From contig CANRAH010000003.1 in the NCBI GenBank assembly GCA_947628565.1, forward strand, positions 28,047-92,046: a stretch of 64,000 nt of DNA, read 5' to 3'. Within the stretch, counting starts at the first letter, position 1. The number at the start of each line of letters is the position of its first letter. Of this stretch, positions 59,145 through 64,000 are shown piece after piece. The notes beneath the pieces were generated by a model. The model worked only from the letters and a program-made list of their open reading frames with translations, was not told where the DNA came from and made no database searches. Origin of the DNA: an uncultured Bacilli bacterium (lineage in GTDB: Bacteria > Bacillota_I > Bacilli_A > RF39 > UBA660). A program made the position numbers and the translations under genes.

Positions 59145-61301
59145 ATGGATGATAAAATAATAAAAAAAATAAGCTTAGATTTAGATGTAAGTGAAAAGCA
59201 AGTTAACTCAACTTTGCGTCTTTTAGAAGAGGGGAACACAATCCCTTTTATTGCGCGTTATAGGAAAAATTTGACAGGAGCGCTTGATGAGGAAAAAATA
59301 AGGACAATTGAAGAGGTTTATACATATCAAGTAAATCTTCAAAAAAGGAAAGATGATGTAATAAGATTAATAGATGAAAAAGGACTTTTAACTGATGAAT
59401 TGAAAAATGAAATTTTAAATGCATCTAAGTTAATAGAGATAGAGGATTTATATAGGCCGTTTAAAGAAAAGAAAAAAACAAAAGCTACTGAAGCTATAAA
59501 AAATGGATTAGAGCCATTAGCAAAAGAAATTATGAAATTTCCTGTTAATGGAGATATAAAAACTTTGGCAAGTAAATATTTAAATGATTCTGTTAAGACT
59601 ATATTAGATGCTATAACAGGAGCAAAATATATTATTGCTGAAGAAATAAGTGATAATGCAAAATTTAGAAAAATTATAAGAGATAATACATATAACTATG
59701 GAAAGATAAAAAGTAGTTTAAAGAAAAATAGTGAAGATTTAAATAAAGTATACGATATGTATTATGATTATGAAGAAAAAATTAAAAGTATAAAACCTCA
59801 TAGAATTCTTGCGTTAAACAGAGGAGAAAATGAAGGAATACTTAATGTTAGTATAAATTATGACAAAAAAAGTGTTCAAAATTTTCTTGAGAAAAGAATT
59901 ATTAAAAATGATAAATCATATGTTGTTGACATTGTAAAAGAAGCCATAGAAGATTCTTATAAAAGATTAATAGAACCATCAATTGAAAGAGAGATAAGAA
60001 GTGATTTAACATTAATTGGTGAAAAAGCGGCAATCGATAATTTTAAAAGAAATTTAGAATCTTTATTGCTTACTCCTCCATTAAAAGAAAGGGTTGTACT
60101 TGCTTTTGATCCTGGATATATAAATGGATGCAAATTGGCTGTTATTGATAAATCAGGTAAATATTTAGATAGTACAGTTATTAAACCTTTTATCAAAAGT
60201 ACAAATCAAGAAAAAATTATAAATGATTCAATGATTATAGTTAAAGCGCTTATAGATAAATACAAAGTTGATATTATAGCTATAGGTAATGGAACAGCCT
60301 CAAGAGAATCAGAAAAATTTGTATCAGAGATGATAAAAAAATATAATCTAAATGTTAAATATGTAATAGTATCTGAATCAGGTGCATCAATATATAGTGC
60401 ATCTAAAGTAGCTATAGAGGAATTTCCAGATTTAGCAGTTGAAAAAAGAAGCGCTGTAAGTATAGGAAGAAGACTTCAAGATCCATTATCAGAACTTGTT
60501 AAAATTCCACCTGAAGGGATAGGGGTAGGACTTTATCAGCACGATGTTTCACAGAAAAAGTTAAGTGAAAATTTGGACTTTGTAGTAGAAAAAACAGTAA
60601 ATAATGTTGGTGTTAATATAAATACAGCAAGTGCATCTTTATTAAAATACGTATCCGGAATTACTAAAAAAAATATAGATAAAATATTAGAGTATAGAAA
60701 TTCAAAAGGAAGATTTAACTCAAGAAAAGAATTAGAAAAACTTCTGAGTGATAAAGCGTATGAACAATCAATAGGATTCCTTAGAATAACAGATGGTGAC
60801 AATATATTAGATTCTACTAAAATACATCCTGAAAGTTATGATATAGCTTTAAAATTATTAGATGATTTAAATATGTCCGTTAAAGATATTGGAAGTAAAG
60901 AACTTATTTTAAAATTAGATAATATTAATATAAATGAATATAAGGATAAATTAAATACTGATTACTATACACTTGAAGACTTAATAAAATCTTTAAAAAG
61001 TCCTAATAGAGATCCAAGGGATGAAATGCCACAGCCAATACTTAAAAGTGATATATTAGAACTTAAAGATTTAAAAATTGGAATGCATTTGCAAGGAACA
61101 GTTAGAAATGTAGTTGATTTTGGTGCATTTATAGATATAGGTCTTCATGAGGATGGACTTGTTCATATATCTAAAATAACAGATAAATATATTAGTCATC
61201 CAAGTGATGTTTTAAATGTAGGAGATATAGTTGATTGCTATGTAGATGATATTAAATTTGATAAAAGTAAAGTATCACTTACTTTAATTAAGCCAAATTA
61301 A
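59145..61301 (+). CDS. tex: transcription accessory protein Tex (S1 RNA-binding)
   Basis: 718 aa with a YqgF/RuvC-like domain, a helix-hairpin-helix and a C-terminal S1 domain (GMHLQGTVRNVVDFGAFIDIG). The bidirectional terminator AAAAAAATGTGATTGAATTCACATTTTTTT lies at 61314-61343. Confidence 0.85.
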   Translation: MDDKIIKKISLDLDVSEKQVNSTLRLLEEGNTIPFIARYRKNLTGALDEEKIRTIEEVYTYQVNLQKRKDDVIRLIDEKGLLTDELKNEILNASKLIEIEDLYRPFKEKKKTKATEAIKNGLEPLAKEIMKFPVNGDIKTLASKYLNDSVKTILDAITGAKYIIAEEISDNAKFRKIIRDNTYNYGKIKSSLKKNSEDLNKVYDMYYDYEEKIKSIKPHRILALNRGENEGILNVSINYDKKSVQNFLEKRIIKNDKSYVVDIVKEAIEDSYKRLIEPSIEREIRSDLTLIGEKAAIDNFKRNLESLLLTPPLKERVVLAFDPGYINGCKLAVIDKSGKYLDSTVIKPFIKSTNQEKIINDSMIIVKALIDKYKVDIIAIGNGTASRESEKFVSEMIKKYNLNVKYVIVSESGASIYSASKVAIEEFPDLAVEKRSAVSIGRRLQDPLSELVKIPPEGIGVGLYQHDVSQKKLSENLDFVVEKTVNNVGVNINTASASLLKYVSGITKKNIDKILEYRNSKGRFNSRKELEKLLSDKAYEQSIGFLRITDGDNILDSTKIHPESYDIALKLLDDLNMSVKDIGSKELILKLDNININEYKDKLNTDYYTLEDLIKSLKSPNRDPRDEMPQPILKSDILELKDLKIGMHLQGTVRNVVDFGAFIDIGLHEDGLVHISKITDKYISHPSDVLNVGDIVDCYVDDIKFDKSKVSLTLIKPN

Positions 61302-61378
61302 AAATAAATTTAGAAAAAAATGTGATTGAATTCACATTTTTTTAATATTTTTAAAACTTTTTAATAAAAATAATTTTT

Positions 61379-61834
61379 TTATAAATTCATAAAAAAGATT
61401 GATATGATTAATATGGTAGCAAATAAGTTCCATATAATATAAGGTATAAGTAATTTTGCGGATGTTTTATTTAATTCTTTAGCTTCATAATATAGAAACA
61501 ATGAACTAATAAAAACAATTATTGTATCAATTAAAGCTAGGAAAGGGCTTTTAAGTGTAAAAAATAGAAATGAAAATATTTGATTTGAAAAATAATTAAC
61601 TAAAAGAGTTTTATTAAAATCACTTGTATCTTTATAACTCATATCTTTATATATAAGATACATACTAATAGCGATTAAAATATAAAGAATACTCCATACT
61701 ATAGGAAAAACAATGCTGGGTGGAGCAAATGGTGGTTTATTTAAACTTTTATAAAAAACAGTATCACTTTTAAAAATAAATCCACTTATAAACCATGGTA
61801 TAAGACAAATTAGAAATTTTAAAATATTTTTCAT
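61379..61834 (-). CDS. TspO/MBR-family membrane protein
   Basis: Five TM helices. NKPPFAPPSIVFPIVWSILYILIAIS matches the TspO pattern KPSWxPPxWVFGPVWTxLY. Confidence 0.55.
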   Translation of the reverse strand: MKNILKFLICLIPWFISGFIFKSDTVFYKSLNKPPFAPPSIVFPIVWSILYILIAISMYLIYKDMSYKDTSDFNKTLLVNYFSNQIFSFLFFTLKSPFLALIDTIIVFISSLFLYYEAKELNKTSAKLLIPYIIWNLFATILIISIFFMNL

Positions 61835-61893
61835 AGTACACCTCTTTACATCTTATGATAAATGTATTAAAATATTATTGATTGGGTGATAAA

Positions 61894-63060
61894 ATGAATA
61901 TTACTTTAAGTAAAAATGATGAAGTAGTTATGAAATTGCTTCATTACTTTATAACTATAGAAGGGTATAATCCTGTTGTTTTACACGGTGCAAAGGATGA
62001 AATATGGCTTGAAAATAATGATGCCGATTATAAAATAATAAGAATCGTATCAGGATATATTCATAATAATGAACAACTTGATTTTGATATATTTAGAACA
62101 AAACAAATTTTAAAAAAGATAAAAAGGAAAATGATGTCATTTAAAATGGAAGCGCTTAGTATATTTGTAAATTTAGGCGATAATGTAAAATTGAATGACA
62201 AGGATTTTGATAATATTAAATGCGCAAATGTAAAGGAAATAAAAGATTTATCAAAATATTCTTTTATAATAAACAAATTCCCCAATATATTAGAAGTTGA
62301 AAATAGTAATGAAGAGGGATTAGAACTTTTTATAAAATTGACAGATGATATAAATAAGAAAAATTATGAAGAAACAAAAAAAGCTGAAGATGTATTTTCT
62401 AAAAAGAAACCTGTTATGACATATGTTTTTATGGCTATATGTTTTGCTTTATATTTTATAACAGCTATTTTATCATCTAATTTTATGGATATGAATTTAA
62501 ATGTATTAGTACGATTTGGAGCTTTAATAAATATCAATATGATGGATAGCAAGTTTGAACTATATAGGATATTTACATCTGTGTTCTTGCATGCAGGCTT
62601 GATACATTTGTTGTGTAATATGTATTCTCTATATGTTATAGGTCCTCAACTAGAAAGCTTTTTTGGAAAAGTAAAATATACATTAATATTTATAGGTAGT
62701 GGAGTAATTGGTAATTTGCTTTCACTTGCATTTTTACAGGATGGATATGTTGCAGTTGGCGCAAGTGGAGCAATATTTGGATTGCTTGGAGCATTACTAT
62801 ATTTTGGATATCATTATAGAGTGTATTTAAGTGGAGTTATTAAAAGTCAGATTATACCACTTATAATATTGAACCTAATAATAGGATTTATGGTATCAAA
62901 TATAAATAATTTGGCTCATATAGGAGGACTTATAGGTGGAGTGCTTTTAGCCAATGCATTAGGAGTTAAATATAAAAGTGAAAAAACTGATATAATAAAT
63001 GGAATAATAATGACATTGATATTTGTTGGATTTTTAATTTATATGATATTTTTTAGATAG
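61894..63060 (+). CDS. rhomboid-family intramembrane serine protease with N-terminal cytoplasmic domain
   Basis: The ATG follows a GGGTGA RBS. The catalytic pair is GASGAIFGLLGA (GxSG) and HIGGLIGG (His). Six TM helices. Confidence 0.75.
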   Translation: MNITLSKNDEVVMKLLHYFITIEGYNPVVLHGAKDEIWLENNDADYKIIRIVSGYIHNNEQLDFDIFRTKQILKKIKRKMMSFKMEALSIFVNLGDNVKLNDKDFDNIKCANVKEIKDLSKYSFIINKFPNILEVENSNEEGLELFIKLTDDINKKNYEETKKAEDVFSKKKPVMTYVFMAICFALYFITAILSSNFMDMNLNVLVRFGALININMMDSKFELYRIFTSVFLHAGLIHLLCNMYSLYVIGPQLESFFGKVKYTLIFIGSGVIGNLLSLAFLQDGYVAVGASGAIFGLLGALLYFGYHYRVYLSGVIKSQIIPLIILNLIIGFMVSNINNLAHIGGLIGGVLLANALGVKYKSEKTDIINGIIMTLIFVGFLIYMIFFR

Positions 63061-63101
63061 AATTAATTTCTATCTTTTTAATATAATTAACTGGTGATAA
63101 A

Positions 63102-63440
63102 GTGAAAAAAATATTAATAATTTTTATATTGCTTTTAGTATGTGGTTGTAAAAATAAACTTACTTGTACTTATGAAGAAAATTATAACGATATAAAAATA
63201 AAAAACAAAATAATATTTAATTTTAAAGATAATACATATAAACAAACTGATATTATGATATTTAAAACAGAAGAAGATGCTGATAAATATTTTAGTGAAA
63301 TTAAAGAATATATAGAACTTTATAACTTAACATTGGAGAAAAATAAAATAATTTCTACTATCGAAGATGAAATAAAACTAAAGGGTAGTAAAAAGGAATT
63401 AAAAAAAGAGTATGAATCTTATGATTATAGTTGTAAATAG
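63102..63440 (+). CDS. putative lipoprotein
   Basis: Signal peptide with a lipobox-like LLVCGC. 112-aa polar mature part. Confidence 0.45.
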   Translation: MKKILIIFILLLVCGCKNKLTCTYEENYNDIKIKNKIIFNFKDNTYKQTDIMIFKTEEDADKYFSEIKEYIELYNLTLEKNKIISTIEDEIKLKGSKKELKKEYESYDYSCK

Positions 63441-63509
63441 AATTAAATTAAATTTTTAAAAGTAGGATAATTTCTACTTTTAAAAATTTTTGTTTTTAGC
63501 ACAAAACAC

Positions 63510-63569
63510 TTGACAGTGCTAGAAAGTAGTGTTATACTTATTTCAGCACTCGGATAAAGATAGTGCTAA
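63510..63569 (+). promoter_or_regulatory. hrcA promoter (TTGACA-17-TATACT) with downstream CIRCE operator
   Basis: TTGACA at 63510-63515, a 17-nt spacer, then TATACT at 63533-63538. CIRCE tCAGCACTC-N9-TAGTGCTAA lies at 63543-63569. An upstream degenerate half-CIRCE (TTAGCAC...GTGCTAG) overlaps the -35. Confidence 0.7.
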
Positions 63570-63619
63570 AAAATGGTTATATAAAGTAAAAAAACTTATA
63601 TAATAAAAGTGAGGTGATA

Positions 63620-64000
63620 TGATGTTAAGCGAAAGAGAAGAATATTTACTTAAACTTATTGTTGAAGATTATATCAAAAGTGCAAGGCCAGTAAGCTCTA
63701 AAGCTTTGGAGCATATAATGAAGTGTTCAAGTGCAACGATTAGATCTGAAATGAATTATTTAGAAGAAATAGGTCTCTTAGAAAAAACACATATATCATC
63801 TGGCAGAGTTCCAAGTGAAAAAGGATATAGGTATTATGTCGATAACATTATGAAACCAAAAGAATTAAATGGTGAAGATATGTTAAAACTTAAGACTATA
63901 GTCGACAATAAATCTCTAGTTGTAAATGATATAATTTTAAAAAGTATGGAAATTATATCTGAACTTACACACTATACTACAATAGTCTTAGGTAAACAAT
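63620..64000 (+). CDS. hrcA: heat-inducible transcription repressor HrcA (N-terminal part; continues beyond window)
   Basis: MLSEREEYLLKLIVEDYIKSARPVSSKAL...SSATIRSEMNYLEEIGLLEKTHISSGRVPSEKGYRYYVD is the canonical HrcA N-terminus. Confidence 0.85.

Noticed and set aside
1-64000. Search for tRNA, rRNA and tmRNA genes
   Set aside because: All intergenic regions longer than 100 bp were read. They contain promoters, terminators, the T-box leader or IS ends. No cloverleaf-like GC-rich segments or rRNA-like sequence were seen.

Overview
The window is a chromosomal segment of a very AT-rich (~27% GC) low-GC Firmicute, most likely a spore-forming clostridial lineage. It carries gpr, spoVG, yabP/yabQ, a GerQ-like gene and a SpoVIF-like gene. 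Most of the window is densely packed housekeeping DNA in conserved Bacillus/Clostridium synteny. That backbone includes rnr-smpB, yabP-yabQ-divIC, the U32 peptidase pair plus greA, queA, miaA, recD2, rimP-nusA-ylxR-infB-rbfA, rpsT, der, polC, sepF-divIVA-(T-box)-ileS, tmk, ltaS, tex, and hrcA with its CIRCE operator. No rRNA, tRNA or CRISPR arrays were seen. Five accessory or unusual items sit inside this backbone. (1) Two paralogous secreted Cys-rich proteins have unrelated ectodomains but share a conserved C-terminal two-helix membrane hairpin with an SxKDDE[LI]KKA turn. (2) A roughly 5 kb island downstream of der has a 500-bp structured leader, an 852-aa HExxH protein resembling the anthrax lethal factor zincin domain with a long coiled-coil tail, and a DUF1963 protein. 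(3) A cluster of prepilin-type genes includes a type IV pilin fused to BspA/DUF285 leucine-rich repeats. (4) A large acidic protein built on 36-bp in-frame tandem repeats lies just upstream of polC. (5) An IS110-family insertion, with a candidate bridge-RNA region and an adjacent perfect 32-bp palindrome, sits immediately upstream of an orphan multi-TM histidine kinase. All family assignments come from motif recognition by eye and need database confirmation. Coordinates may be off by one in places.
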